64,000 bases of DNA from Bugula neritina (Eukaryota; Animalia; Bryozoa). The translations under genes were made by a program, and so were the position numbers. The stretch's first letter is position 1, and every line of letters starts with the position of its first letter. The stretch lies in the NCBI GenBank assembly GCA_964035545.1, contig OZ037773.1:6167751-6231750 (forward strand). The letters run 5' to 3'. Shown here one piece after another: positions 15,001 through 27,206 of the stretch. The notes beneath the pieces are model-generated. The model saw nothing but the letters and a program-made list of their open reading frames with translations, did not search any database and was not told the origin of the DNA.

Positions 15001-17401
15001 CAGGTGTTACCTTTACACCAGGTATTACCTTTACACCAGGTATTATGCTTACACCAGGTATTACCTTTACACCAGGTATTACCTTTATCCCAAGTGTTAC
15101 CTTTACACCAGGTATTACCTTTACACTGCTTTCATCGTGAGTGAAGTATAACTACGGTAGATGGTATGAGTCACCATATTGTTTCCCTACCTTAGGTTTG
15201 TCTGCAGGCTGTGGGACAGGCTTTCCTCCAATCACAGGAGGTTCTGAAATTGCCTCCTCATGGAGCTCCTCATTATGGACAACTTCGGCATCTGCATTTT
15301 TACCTGCAGATGAAGTTTTCGGCTGACTAACTTTAGCTAATTTAGCTACAAAGGAAGCAAACATCAAGGTCAGTGCATAAGTAGTAGAGTTCCACTTGTA
15401 GGGGTCATTCGGTACAAATGTCTGCTCGGTGTACAGCTGTGAAGTCATTATCAGCCCAATAAGACACACAACACTGTCAACAAGTATCCGATGGTGTGAC
15501 CAAGGCTGATAACAGTCTAGCATATTTCACTGTACCCCGAGCATGATTATATCTTGAATCACTAAAAGGCCAATCATAATTCTTACTGTGGCATATGCAA
15601 TGATAGAATTTTTCTAACTCCCCAATCCTCAACCATTATAAGTTCTTCTCTTTAGAGATAAACACATCCCCAAATGATATTAATCCACTAACAGATTGAA
15701 CACACACAAGCAGTACACACTGACAATGTACATGTATGTATGACAGACTGCTATGAGCTACATCACTGCTGTACTGATAAATCAATACTTGTATCTTACT
15801 CCATCTTACAATATCAGGGACGTCAGGGAAATCAACAACAGCACTAAACAGCAATTTCAGAAAGAGGCTGCAGAGACAAGAAGGTTAAATTGAGGTCAAT
15901 CAAGAATGCATCTTTCATTGATGTGCAGGAAATAGCATTCTTAGATGTAAAAAGAAATCAAGGAACAATACAGTACCTCACTATATTATAGATATTATGC
16001 TGATCAGCTTTATGGACTTTACAACGCTAGTTGTACAGACAACCTAATATATTTAAATATATAACTGTGTTGATAAAATCTCTAGCAACACTTGGGGCTA
16101 ATTATATAGCATGAAGTCAGGTTGGAGTTAGAGTGAAGCTTTCTCACAAAGATTGGTACGAAATTCACCCATCCACAGCTTAGTACTAGCCTGGTGTAAG
16201 GTTAATATAACTAAATCTTAAGTGTTTAAATGATTTCAATAGCTGCTCATTTTGTTAGAGCCTGCAGTAGAAACTTGTAAGCATGATTTCATCAGGGTCT
16301 GTATCGAATAGTAACCTCAATATGCGAAGTGTGCAGAGGGGAGCAATCAGCTTGTAAACATAATCAGTATCATTCTTTAGAAAATAAAGATACTTAAGCA
16401 CAATCAAAACTAACCAGAAATCTCTCTTAAATAATTAACTTGCTAAAAATTAGGCTAATTATCTTTGATGATAACATGTTACTTCAAGCCATCTGTCACA
16501 AAATATTAAAATAATTGAGAAGAGTAACTAGCAAAGAGCCTGTGTGAGCAAGACTAGAGTGACTGAAGATGACTGACAAGTCTGATGAGACAGACATTGG
16601 CAGAAGAGCAGCTGTAGAGCAGACTCACCATCCATGGTAAAAGTCTTTGTGCTGGAGTTTTCACTCTCTTATTTAGAAAATAAAATATGATTACAGCAAC
16701 CACTACAGAATTCCTTCCCTGCATTGAAACCTCATTTCGAATTCCTAATTACATGACTGCAAGCTGGTATCAAAAATGCAAAAACACTTAACAATAAAAT
16801 ACAATTACTTCACAACTGCAGTTGATGTTCTACACCACAATATATAATTTAAAGACATGGGGTTACATTCTTAGTTAAAAATAAAGTACAAATTCACTCA
16901 CCTAGGCTTTAAGAATACTCTACAACTCAAAGCTCTCACTCAACTGAATTAATGCTAGGATTAAAATATCTGCCAGAGGAGTAAGACATTATCTTGAGCA
17001 GAATTCCACACAGATTGGATAACTAGTATTTAATTTTGAGATTAAATAACCAAAAGATAAGATAAGTAGAACTTGAGACTACTGAATGCCATTTTGTTTC
17101 AGCAGCAACTTATCAATCTTTATAAGAAATTTCTAGAAAGACACTGAGAGAAGAGATACAAACTGAAAATCTCAATAGTAAACTAAGTAAATTTACCTCT
17201 TTTCTTTTTCTCTGCTGCTTTGACTGCTTTGTTTTTGGCGGTTGAGCTGCTACCATATAAGGTGCTAATATGCTCACTGTACGCTATTTCCTGAGAAGCA
17301 AAGCTATACTTCATGAAAGTCAAGATAACCCCAGCCACTAGAACTGAGGCTACAAACCCTCCAAGAACTGTAGGATCCACCAGGGTTAGCAGACTTTCCA
17401 T
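1..17401 (-). CDS. Ribosome-binding protein 1 (p180)/kinectin-like ER membrane coiled-coil protein, multi-exon, 3' end outside window
   Basis: First coding exon 17197-17401 encodes an N-terminal TM anchor (MESLLTLVDPTVLGGFVASVLVAGVILTFMKYSFASQEIAYSE) and a Lys-rich segment. Phase-consistent exons lie at approx. 15191-15345, 14838-14987, 10300-10464, 8632-8822, 7864-8031, 5860-5970, 5203-5357, 3636-3822, 3200-3292, 2913-3052, 2416-2519, 963-1118 and 1-182. Family hallmarks LRDKNN|DLRKKNW (cf. RRBP1/KTN1 KNNDLREKNW) and ENQSLRQAL are present. Confidence 0.8.
307..432. repeat. (ACTC)n microsatellite, degenerate on the left
   Basis: actcactcactcactc... run. Confidence 0.9.
447..932. mobile_element. 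hAT-type MITE (486 bp)
   Basis: TIRs CAGGGTTGGG (447) / CCCAACCCTG (ends 932); perfect 8-bp TSD ATCACATG at 439-446 and 933-940; many subterminal AATTAC/GTAATT motifs; no ORF. Confidence 0.85.
1598..2404. repeat. 13-bp minisatellite (AGAAGAGATATAC)n
   Basis: About 60 tandem copies; explains the spurious long ORFs on both strands; ends about 10 nt from the donor of exon 2416-2519. Confidence 0.95.
3866..4226. repeat. 21-bp minisatellite (GATGACATCACTGAGGTATTA)n
   Basis: About 17 tandem copies in an RRBP1-like intron. Confidence 0.95.
6105..7417 (+). mobile_element. Internally deleted pogo-like (Tc1/mariner superfamily) DNA transposon
   Basis: Perfect 24-bp TIRs GGGGAAGCCGGGGTAATTTGAGCC (6105-6128) and its reverse complement (7394-7417); TA TSD (6103-4, 7418-9); internal GGGGYAAWTTGAGCY repeats at ~6131, 6471, 6495, 7196, 7217. 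Confidence 0.9.
6678..6953 (+). pseudogene. Truncated transposase N-terminus (pipsqueak-type HTH)
   Basis: (L)PRKYTPKTNQ...LKKAACMIAGEKSSIRHAAETYGVDRMTLKCY...KRVFTIEEEKLMVDY resembles HTH_psq followed by the start of a CENP-B HTH; start codon reads CTG; no DDE domain. Confidence 0.7.
8392..8584. mobile_element. Possible short MITE with nested imperfect inverted repeats
   Basis: CTCCCCCATATCTCAC (8392) vs GTGAGATACGGAGGGAG (~8568); CTCACGGCTCC (8404) vs GGATCCGTGAG (8509); GC-richer than the flanks; no clear TSD. Confidence 0.35.
9154..10085. repeat. 21-bp minisatellite (CTATTGGTATACTATACTATA)n
   Basis: About 44 copies; source of the spurious LLVYYTI ORF. Confidence 0.95.
10467..14410. repeat. 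~3.9-kb 30-bp satellite (GTATATCATAGTATACAGTATTACAATACA)n with higher-order structure
   Basis: Tandem 30-mers; variant blocks recur; identical ORF translations at 12106-12357 and 12723-12974 (617-bp offset). Confidence 0.95.
14998..15127. repeat. 18-bp minisatellite (CCAGGTATTACCTTTACA)n
   Basis: About 7 copies, intronic, next to the acceptor of exon 14838-14987. Confidence 0.9.
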
Positions 17402-17999
17402 TCTCTACATCTTGGAAAGTGAAACATAGAGCATTTTACATAGAGCACTAGAAAGTGTCAATTGGTAAATAATCTAAACTCCTGGCAATAGATTTTATAA
17501 CAGACATATTAAAAGTACTATTGTACTAACATTTCTATTAGCTAACCGTGTTCATTGTTCTATAGTAGCAGTTAAAGTAACAGTTAACAGTAACAGTTAA
17601 AGTAAGAACATATTCCGAATTGCTATTATGAGAGGAAAAGAGATCAAAATGATCACGGCTGTTAAAGAATGTAAAAAAACCAGATATTACATTTCAGTAA
17701 AGCTGCTTGGCTTATTTTTTAAACATTGATGCCCAAAAGCATAAACAAATATATCGATTCACCAAATATAAATTGCATACTTGTTCTCGATTGTTTGACA
17801 AATTTTCAGAAAAAGAAAGAATGGCAACATTGGATTAATTGATTATGAATTCTCCTTTCGCATACGGACTCAATTTTACGAATTATGACTAATTTAATTA
17901 ACCATTTTTTAAAGTTTGTAAATTTTACTGTGAAAATGGCAAAAAGCTTTGCCGAAAGATTGAATAACATTTGTTTTACTAGCCACTGTAAGGATATCA

Positions 18000-20800
18000 A
18001 GTATTATAGCATATAGTGTATAGAGTAGAGAATATAAAGTACAGTATACTACATAATCATTAGTATAGTATGTATATACCTTAAGATAAGCCTAAGGCGT
18101 ATAGATATACTATACTTCATATACTATACTAGTTCATTTTCAGTTTGATTTTCATGACTTAAATTAATCACTAAAGCTAGAACGAGAGTGATTAGACTTT
18201 AGGCAGCATGAATATGAGCATCTCTATAAAATTTAGAACACACTAGCTTGACAAAGTTAAAAGACAGGTAGTTGACATGAGCCACATTTTGACCTCACTG
18301 ATACTCTAGGTCTAAGCACTATTATACGCTAAAGAAAAAGAGGTAGCCAGAAGAAAATCAAAATTATTAGTATTAATTAGTCACTATTACTACGCTTATG
18401 ACATCACTATGACTATGGTTGATGAGCATCAGAAACTAAGCAATTCAAAGTGTTAGTGTAAGTGTTGGCTATTAAACTTGGTACTAACTTAAACTACTAA
18501 GAAAACATCGATGACTAACTCTAAAACTTCGACTAAGCGTAAGATTTACAGTTGGACTTTGAGTTAACGTTGAACTATTCACTAAACTTCAGTCTTAAAC
18601 TAACCTAATTTAATCATTTGCCAAACCGTAGTTCTAATTTTAATTTGGGTCATTTGACTATTTAGTACACATCTGCAAATTGTGACCAAAAATTGATGTT
18701 TGCTTAAAATAATTGAAAATTTACTAAATGGGGTAATTTTATGTGCTGATTCTAACTATGCATAGCGAAAGAAAAATGGGAGGAGGTCCTGCAACATTAG
18801 AGCGCAACATCATTGTCATATGAGCTGAATAAATATCTGCAAACCGTAATAAAAAACCATCACAGTCTGCACGTCTCAATTTAATAACAATTAAAATTCT
18901 TAGTCTGAAACATAGAAAAATCAAGTAAAATTTTAAAAACCTTAATTATTTAATTGTTTTTGTTAATATTTTATTAGTTTAGGGCAAAAGAAAACATATA
19001 AATTAGCAGCTAAATTGTGAAAAATAGCTAAAAACCAGTTATCTGGAGTGCATACTAAATGAAATGAAATGACCCATTTACTGATTTCGTGAGACCAAAA
19101 GTGGATGCTTATTAATATAATAAACAGAAAATTAAAACTTTGATTTAATATTTACTTTTAATTTTATAGTGTTTAATACTTATATAATATATTTATGCTT
19201 CTATTAGCTTATACTTATAGTAAAGTTATACTAATAGTAATACTAATACTAATAGTTAGATTTTTGATTTTACAATTACTCATAGTCATAATTATTAGTT
19301 ATTATTCATATCGTAATTATTAAATTAAAACTAACATTACAGTTGTAGTATTAGTTATACCAAGTTCAATACTTTACTCACATCGATTTACTTTTACTTT
19401 AATACTTACACTTAGTCTTACAGTTACTTACACTTAGTCTTACAACTATATTATAACTCATAAGTATAACTATAAGTAATAGTATAACTAAAACTTTAAG
19501 TTAAAGTCAAACTATTTTAATTTACTTATCTTAAACTTAAAGAGTAAAAGGCTATAGTTATTGTCAAACTTAATGACCTATCACTATCACTATGAGTATG
19601 AGACCAATATGAATCTTAATCTAAAACTAAAAACAGTTTTAGTTTTACTAAAACTTAAAACTTAAAAGTAAAAGTTAAAAGTAAATCTGGCTTGTAGTTG
19701 TTTAGACTTTAGTTTTTAACTATTACCGGAATAAAAATCACATCAGATCACATTGAAATTGAGTTTTCTAAGAGTTAAAAACATCGGGCGGCGGCGTCAC
19801 CCCTAGAATACATAGGAGTGCAACTTTTTTTACCTTAATTTGAATTACTGTTGTACTAGGAAAAAAGATGCTTTGATGTGTATTTAATTATTGGTGGCCA
19901 AGTCATTTAGGCTCAAATGTATTATTAGCACAATGCAATTTAGTCAATGTATTTTTTAATGTAGGTTTTGTATAGATGGTTTACTTTCGGACTAGCGTAA
20001 ATGTCAAGGCTCAATAAGCTCTTTAGCTTGGAATCATTCAATCGAGATTGAAAAGATGGCAGCCTCCTTCGATTATACAAAAGTCGACCTGTATAATATT
20101 TTAGGAATACAGATTGACGCAACCGCTAAAGACGTGAGTTTATCTGCATTTCACTTTATAATAATAAGTTGTCTATAACTATAATTATTTTCATTAAACA
20201 TCATGTGACTAGTAGAGGCTTAAAGACTCGTTACTTTAACTGAGAGTAATACTAACATGAATAACAACTAACAAGTAACACTAAATTACTAAAACTGAAA
20301 GTGAAGAACAAGATGAAGATGAAGATAAAGTTAAACATAATCATAATGATAATGATATTGATAATGATGAAGACCCTCTTCATCTTGATGAGTTTGGGTT
20401 TCACTACTCAGTAGGTGTAGATCTAGTGAGTAGTCACTATCGGTGGTGAAACTTGACAAATTAAAATAGTAATGCAAATTAAAAATATAAATTAATCTAA
20501 TCTAATGCGAACTGAAGCAGTGACACCAATGGGCTATGAGCAATGACTAATCACTAATCAGTAATAACCAAATCTAATGTGTTGATTTACTTGAAGTTGA
20601 TGAGATAGCAAATTAAAATCTACAAATAGTAATACCAAAGGCAACTGTTGTGATTTTGATAATTATAGTAATACTAATAATATAATAATAATAATACTAT
20701 ATTAGTAATACTATTACTAATAATCATAATGAAATACTAATAGTAATAGTAGTAATTATAATGATTCTCGTTCTCATTCTGTGTCGATAATTATAACGTA
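18000..20800. promoter_or_regulatory. Head-to-head promoter region of RRBP1-like/DNAJC17 with 6-bp-periodic ACT/AGT tracts
   Basis: Divergent ATGs at 17401(-) and 20056(+); tracts such as AGT ATA ACT ATA AGT AAT AGT ATA ACT AAA ACT TTA AGT TAA AGT CAA ACT (~19463-19513). Confidence 0.55.
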
Positions 20801-23800
20801 CGTCAAAGCTGACGGCCGATTCAAGTTGTAGACTATTTATTGTAAAAAGAGAATGCTTTTAATATTAATACTCTTACAGTTAGTGTTATTTCTGCAGGTA
20901 ATAAAAGCCTACAGAAAAAAGGCTCTAAAGTATCACCCGGATAAAAATAAGGACCCAGGAGCTGTAGAAATATTCCACCAGCTTTCAAAGGCTTTAGAAG
21001 TTCTGACAGATGAAGCGGCCAGGGTAAGTGCAGTTGAAGTCCGGCACTGCATGCTTGTTGTTTAAACAACAAAAACTAAATGGTGGAATATTCTAATAAG
21101 AAACCTTAGTGATGAAGAGTTTCAAGTTTTACAGTTTTGTTCTATCCTCGTTACCACCATACTATTCACGGAGAGGACAAGTCATAAGCTTACTATAAGC
21201 TTTTTTACACTGGCTACAGTTAGATCTGCTCACTTGAATTGTTCAACTACTTGGAAATGCATGCTACTACAGCTAAAGGGTGGTGTTTCTGATGAAGTAA
21301 ACTTATGGTATTGAACTGTGACTAAGATATAGATATTGTCTTTAAGTTATAATACACGAGCCTGATTCTGCAATGTAGTATAACACTATGTACATATATG
21401 TTTAAAGTAATATATAATAACCAATAGGCAGTGTTTTACACTATATACAGATATGTATTAAGTTATATATAATAACCTACAGGCAGCTTATGACAAGATA
21501 TTAAAGGCACGAGCAGCTGCCCAGTTGAGACACAAACAGCTGGATGCTAAGCGACAGAAGCTTAAAGAAGGTTTGTCCATTCATTGAGTCACAGAACAGA
21601 GTTTTTTACCTGCCTTCGTCTTACGTTACCCTTTTCTATTCTGCTTATAGGTTTTCAGTTACTTCTTAGTTCAATCAGACTCTCATTTTTTTATCTTTTT
21701 TTTCATGGCATTCTATTCTTGACTCAACTCTTCTAAAATAGGCTGACTCTAATTTGTAGTATTTTGTAATGGCAACTAGTTATTAGATATACTAACAAGT
21801 GTTACAAATCATTCTTTAATTCTTTTTGTTGGTATTTTTTAAAATTGATTGCAAAATTCTAAACTTGGCTGCAGCTGGTTGCTTTGTTGCAGGAGTTATC
21901 TTCTTGTTTTTTGTTCTGACACAAAGGAATGCAAGTGGAATTATTCTCCATGCTCTGTTGTGCTGTAGGCTGGCATGTTACTTATCAGAGCTTTATGAAA
22001 CAATTTTATCTTCACATCTTTTCTCGTATTCAAATAAAAGTTTAGCCGAACTCTTTATGTTTTTTATGTTTAGTTTTCATGTTTAATTGTTATGTACAGC
22101 AGATACAACTTTTATTCGCCTGTGAACTTCTTGTAGTTTAGTTATAAATATATGTAAAAGTGAGTTTAATAACCATCTTGTTACAAATATGAACCTAATA
22201 AGAACCACATTGTAGACTTAGAAGCAAGAGAGCAAGCTGGTGTGTCCGAGAAGCAGAAGAATGTTCAACAGGCTAGAAATTTGCAGGCAGAAGTAGAGAG
22301 ATTAAGAAAAGAGGGGAACAAGCTCCTAGAGAGAGAGCAGGCATTGCTGAGAGAAGAGTTGGCTAAAGAACAAAGGCTATATTCTGCAGGTGTTGATAGG
22401 TAAGTTCTTAGACTGTGGTCTTTTGATTTTATGGGCAATTTGCCTAATGACAAGTCATCAGATTTTGTGTTGTTCAGTGATGTATAATGTATTGTAGGTA
22501 AATGTCACGTGTAAAATTAATAGAGCAATATATTACTAATAATTTCATATATAATAATAAATATACTCCTCAGATTATATCTTGTGAGAGTTTTGCAAAA
22601 ATCTGCTGTAGGCTGAACAATGGTGGTGACTCCATAAGGATCAAACTGAAATGGAAATGTTCTAAAACTGACACTACTAATGGGGGCTACACTGAAGATG
22701 TTATCAAGTCTGTATTTTCTAAAGTAAGTGTTAATATTTCCTACTATCTCATGCTGGGACCATTAACATGAGAGAAAGTAGGATTTTATGTTTATATCAA
22801 TGTGTGTAGTTATACCTTTTCTTCTAATAGTATGTAGCTGCTCTGATGGTGTAAACTTAATATCTATGAATATTATAGTAGTAAACAAATATTATAAGTA
22901 AATAAATACAAATACTATAGTAAGTATACAAATACTATAAGTAAATAAATACAAATACTATAGTAAGTATACAAATGTATCACTTAATTCAAGCATACAC
23001 ATTTGTAAATAAGTGGTGTATTTGTTTGTGTTTTAAAGATATATAACTTATTTTTCTATTTATAAAATTGAAGTTTCTATTATTATACAATACAAAATAA
23101 TATATCGACAGAATTGAAATTCATGTTATTTATTGCTATTTACAGTATGGGGGTGTCTCTATTATACTTATCAGCTCTAAAAGAAATGGATCTGCTATTC
23201 TAGAGTTTGATAATCTCCATGCGCAGGTAAAGTGTTCACGGGTCCTACTATTAATAATAATTAACAATTGAATTTAATTTTGTTGCATAACATAGGGTTA
23301 TCATCTAAAATATTACTATTTAGAGGGGTTGGTATACTAGTTGCGAATTATCGTATGAGGATATCTGGCTAATATTTTTGACCTTTCACAGTGATTAAAT
23401 TATTGGCTCTATCCTCAGCTGTTGCTTTTTATTAACGGAGGAGATAACTCTATGACTCTCACCATGTTCCCCGTAATATACCACATAATTCAACACAGGC
23501 ACCACGCACCACTAGGATATTTCGGATTACTTAGAAAGCGTCAGCTAGTGTACTTGGTGTGTAGCTGTGTATGTGTCATAGACAGCTGATGTATTGCAAT
23601 TCTTATATTCAGTTCATCTTTAGGCGGATTCGTTAGAAAGTGAGTCTGGCCTGTCAACATGTCCGTTAATCGTTTCCTGGCTGAGTGGAAAACCTTTGCA
23701 ATCCAACTCCGAAACACCAATTAGTACATCTCTAACATCACCTCATGAGAATGTAAGAGTTTTAACTTTTGTAAATTTACTAAATATTCAAATTTAATAA

Positions 23801-25548
23801 TTTAAATAATTATTTGAAAAAATTAATTCAATAAGTTATTAATCATATGGCAAACTTTTATCAAGAGCTGTGGGAGGATTTACTCTCTCGGAGATGTGCA
23901 AATTTTGTAATTTTAAAAATCTCATTCTTTTGTGAAAATGTGAACTTTTTTAATTGTTTTAGTTTCGTGCATCTTTTAACTCGCTGGTTTTAATGGTTTG
24001 GCATATGCTTTGCTTCAGTGTACTAATTGTGTAGGGGATAAATAGCACTATATGATCATTTATTATACAATACATGATGTTCTATACATTTTGTGAGTAG
24101 AAATTATGCCAACTGACATTTTTAAAGTAGTGCAAAAGCAAATATAATACATACTTTGAATAATTCTATTTATGAAAAAGGCAATAATATAATAATAATA
24201 TATATAATAATGAAAAGTAATAATATTTTTATTTTTATTATTAATTTCTGATAATATCGTAAAACGAAATATAATAGCACTACAAAGCCAGTAGGCCACT
24301 GATAACACATTCTTTTATAATCATGAAGCCACAAATGAGAGGGCATTAACATTTGCCCCCCCCCCCCCCTTAATTTCTGCTAAATTAGTCTTTTGCCATT
24401 GGCACACTTGATACTACAGGAGAGAGGCTTTCTATTCCTTCAATTTCTCTTTCTTTGGCCACGGCTTTGGCATTGGCTCAGTGATATATTTAACATCTGT
24501 ACTTCTTTCCGAATGCTTACGGAAAAACTGCAACAACAATATATAATTTGGAATTTTTCAGGCTAATAATTTATTTTTTATGCTAGACGACTAAACAAAA
24601 CTTTCATAGGCCCTGTTATATTTGGCACTAATTCTACAATTCCTAGTAATATCCCAGGTGCTTTATATTGCAAGATATTCTCTTTTTTTATTGGTATCAA
24701 AACATTTCAACATTTTTCTGTCTTTGACAAAACTTTAATGCATGTGGCGTTTTTTTTTTGTAGTTTTGCTTAAAGTACAATTTTCTTGATGCTATTTTTA
24801 AAGGCGTTTGTTCTCTTAATCCTGATTAGTAGAATGTCCTGTTGGCTTTTAAATTTCGACATGATTTAGATGCAGTTGTTGTGTGGCCATTACATTCTGT
24901 GCAGGCAATGTTTGCATTGTCGTTGCCTAATGACTACTTTTTTTAACAAAGCTGAGTCATGAATCCCAGTTGGTTTCATCTGTAACCTTAATTATAGAAG
25001 CAGAAAAAATTAATCATAATTTTACTGGTTCCACATTTAAACATAATTGTTTAAACTATTGCAGCTCAGGCTACTCTAAAAACACCAAATTGACATCATG
25101 TGTTGAAATTAGCTGTATATTTTAGAAGTTATTCTGCATCCCCTGTCTAATTTAATTGCTCTAAATTTCTACAATTGTATGAAATTGCAATATATACTCT
25201 CATAACATTTAAAAGAACCTTCAAATCACATTATTCCTGTAATATTTATTTTGCTAGTTTTTTAGTTGTGCTCTCAATATTTTTGAGTATTTTCAAACTT
25301 TTACATTAACAATCAGTTACCTGCTGAAATGTAATCTTATTACATTTTTTTAAATTTTTGCAGTTGGTTGAAACGTTTTATTTATTTGTATTTTACAGGA
25401 AGCTTACAAAAATACCGTGGACTACTCTACAGATGCTGATTTTGAGGACTTTGTGTTAAATAAGTTAGCGAAAGCCGAAACCAGTAAACAAATAGTTGAG
25501 CCTTTGCCGGATGAACTCTATGATAATCAGGAAATTCCCAGCGGGTAG
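20056..25548 (+). CDS. DNAJC17: DnaJ homolog subfamily C member 17 (J domain + coiled coil + RRM)
   Basis: Exons 20056-20133, 20898-21023, 21483-21570, 22216-22399, 22612-22723, 23146-23226, 23624-23752, 25399-25548 join in frame: [98 protein letters not shown]. Confidence 0.93.
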
Positions 25549-25717
25549 CAGCTAACACCCCCTGGATTTAGTACAGATCTGTTTTATGATTGCAGTCTAA
25601 ATTGTGAAACACTGTCTATCCAATTAGTGTAATGTGGCCGCTTTTTCAAAATGGCTGAACATGGCTCAATCAAAATACGTCTTCTGAAGCCTAACCCTGT
25701 CAGAAGAATTTCTCTAT

Positions 25718-25790
25718 AAGCAGCTCCCAGTTGGGGGTGACTAAGTGTAGTTAGTTTGGAGTTGGGGTTAAAATTTCCAACCTAGACATC
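25718..25790. repeat. Fragment related to the palindromic element at 38349-38494, in the predicted DNAJC17 3'UTR
   Basis: AGCAGCTCCCAGTTGGGGGTGACTAAGTG matches the reverse complement of 38466-38494 (AGCAGCTCCGAGTTGGAGGTGACTGAGTG) with 3 mismatches. Confidence 0.6.
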
Positions 25791-27044
25791 CAGTCAAGCT
25801 GCGACTCATTTTGTTACTAACTATGAGAGTCTCTTCTAACCTTGACCCTGCCAACAACTCATTTTAAAACAGGTCACAGCGTTTAGGTGTTTTTATATCA
25901 CTTTTGTTAGAAATTGGTTCAATCTTTTAGCATCTCTTGTTTGTTAACACGCTGTATATGGTTTTCTATTCATTTCTTTTAGTAAATAAAACTAATTCTG
26001 AGAACTAACGTTTGTTTTTCTGTGTATCTTCATGTATTTCACAGGACAGTATGTCTATACTAATGTTCTAACCCTTTATAAGGGAAGTAGTTTTTTGCTA
26101 ATATTTTCTTGGTAATGTGTCGACATGTTATCTCTTTTTTATCATTTGAACTTTTGACTGGTGAAAAGGAGCATGTTGGTGCATTAGCAGAAAATTGACA
26201 AAAGTAGCCTTGTAGGTAAACCAGGAGCCACATTCTTTGACTTTCTCTATACCTGCTTATAAGAAACCTTCTGAGGTTATTTTAGGCACAGTGGTAATAA
26301 AAAAGTCTGTGAATAATAGTGATAATAAGACATTGGAAAATAACAGTTCAAATATTATTTTAAAATTGGCAATTTAGGAATAGACACTTCAGAAAATGGC
26401 TATTTTCAATATCGTGATATGAATTTAACTATTAAAATCTTCAACAATCGAAAATATTACTTATTTGTTAGCAACTGGATCATATTTTTTTTAATTTTTA
26501 ATGCTGTTTATTTTAGTTGCTCTATTTTTATTCAGTAATTACTGTATAACTGCTAAAAACAAATTATCAAGTAGTTACTACAAAAAACTTGTTGGTAGCT
26601 TAAATGACAATCAAATTGCTACATCATCTGTAAAATCAATTAAATTAAAGACTTGTAAAAAAATTCATCTCACATTTCACGTTATCAATAAAACTTTCTG
26701 TTTTTGTAGCGGATCAATTTTGAAATGCTCATTTTCAAATTGGAACTTTTGATTAGCGGCGGATTCACAATAAGTTGTGCATCTTTTTGGAACCAATGAA
26801 TGAATATTGTTGAAGCTGCTGCTACCATTATTGCCGTCACATGTATACTTCGATTAGCAGAAGTTAACATAAATATGATAAATTTTTATCAAATAGCATT
26901 CTAGCTTAAACTTGGATTGATCACAGTGGTACCACGTATAGGGTCAAAGAAATCTGTCCTTAGATTTATATTTCTGCAAAATAATAAAGATCTTCTAGAT
27001 GTAGCTGAACAATAATTCTGTACCCAAAGGTAAAATAGCAAAAC

Positions 27045-27206
27045 CACATAATATACCCACATGATATATACCCACATAATATATACCCACATAATTTTTA
27101 CGTAATATATACCCACATAATATATACACACATAATATACCCACATGATATATACCCACATAATATATACCCACATATTATATACCCACGTAATATATAC
27201 CCACAT
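27045..27206. repeat. ~17-bp minisatellite (ATATATACCCACATAAT)n
   Basis: About 10 imperfect copies. Confidence 0.9.

Noticed and set aside
24340-24480. Poly-C run and GGCCACGGCTTTG resembling a transposon end
   Set aside because: No matching opposite terminus or TSD found
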